From Nemertoderma westbladi (lineage: Eukaryota > Animalia > Xenacoelomorpha): a DNA stretch of 64,000 nucleotides. Position numbers and translations under genes: made by a program. The notes beneath the pieces were generated by a model. It searched no databases and was not told where the DNA came from. It saw nothing but the letters and a program-made list of their open reading frames with translations. Shown in pieces: positions 63,847 to 64,000 of this stretch. The stretch is from positions 1 to 64,000 of the forward strand of contig JAUCBJ010006816.1 in the NCBI GenBank assembly GCA_032718475.1, written 5' to 3'. Numbering within the stretch: the stretch's first letter is position 1; every line of letters starts with the position of its first letter.

Positions 63847-64000
63847 AGTTAGTTAGTTAGTAGGTACGTAGTACCTAGAGTTAGTTAGTTAGTAGGTACG
63901 TAGTACCTAGAGTTAGTTAGTTAGTAGGTACGTAGTGCCTAGAGTTAGAGAGTTAGTAGGTACGTAGTACCTAGAGTTAGAGAGTTAGTAGGTACGTAGT
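63847..64000. repeat. ~33-bp tandem repeat in the 3' UTR of the nested element
   Basis: AGTTAGTTAGTAGGTACGTAGTACCTAGAG repeated. Confidence 0.85.

Larger units (their letters stand above)
54597..64000 (+). mobile_element. Second BEL/Pao LTR retrotransposon, inserted in opposite orientation into the gag of the first; runs off the window
   Basis: Starts with TGTTAG exactly where the minus-strand gag ORF breaks. Long gag-pol follows. Confidence 0.9.

Overview
AT-rich, repeat-dense animal (invertebrate-like) nuclear DNA, not prokaryotic. Two host genes lie on the minus strand. One is a two-exon TspanC8-type tetraspanin (19186-17242). The other is an adenylate kinase 5-like gene with 8 exons that I traced from 41756 to 22639; its 3' end was not found. 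The right half holds BEL/Pao LTR retrotransposons. A minus-strand element (43042 to >54596) carries an extra ORF in the env position that encodes a DEDDy/WRN-like 3'-5' exonuclease, zinc knuckles and a basic tail. A young non-autonomous relative (24471-32901, 5-bp TSD CTGCC) sits in an AK5 intron. A second BEL/Pao element on the plus strand has inserted into the gag of the first. The non-autonomous element is flanked by an inverted pair of short tRNA-like (Pol III A/B box) elements whose anticodon arm is a type I hammerhead ribozyme. The rest consists of MITEs (Harbinger-, piggyBac-, hAT-, Merlin- and Helentron-like), LINE fragments, a 673-bp satellite and minisatellites, one of which amplifies a splice donor. 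All calls are by-eye motif recognition; no searches were run.
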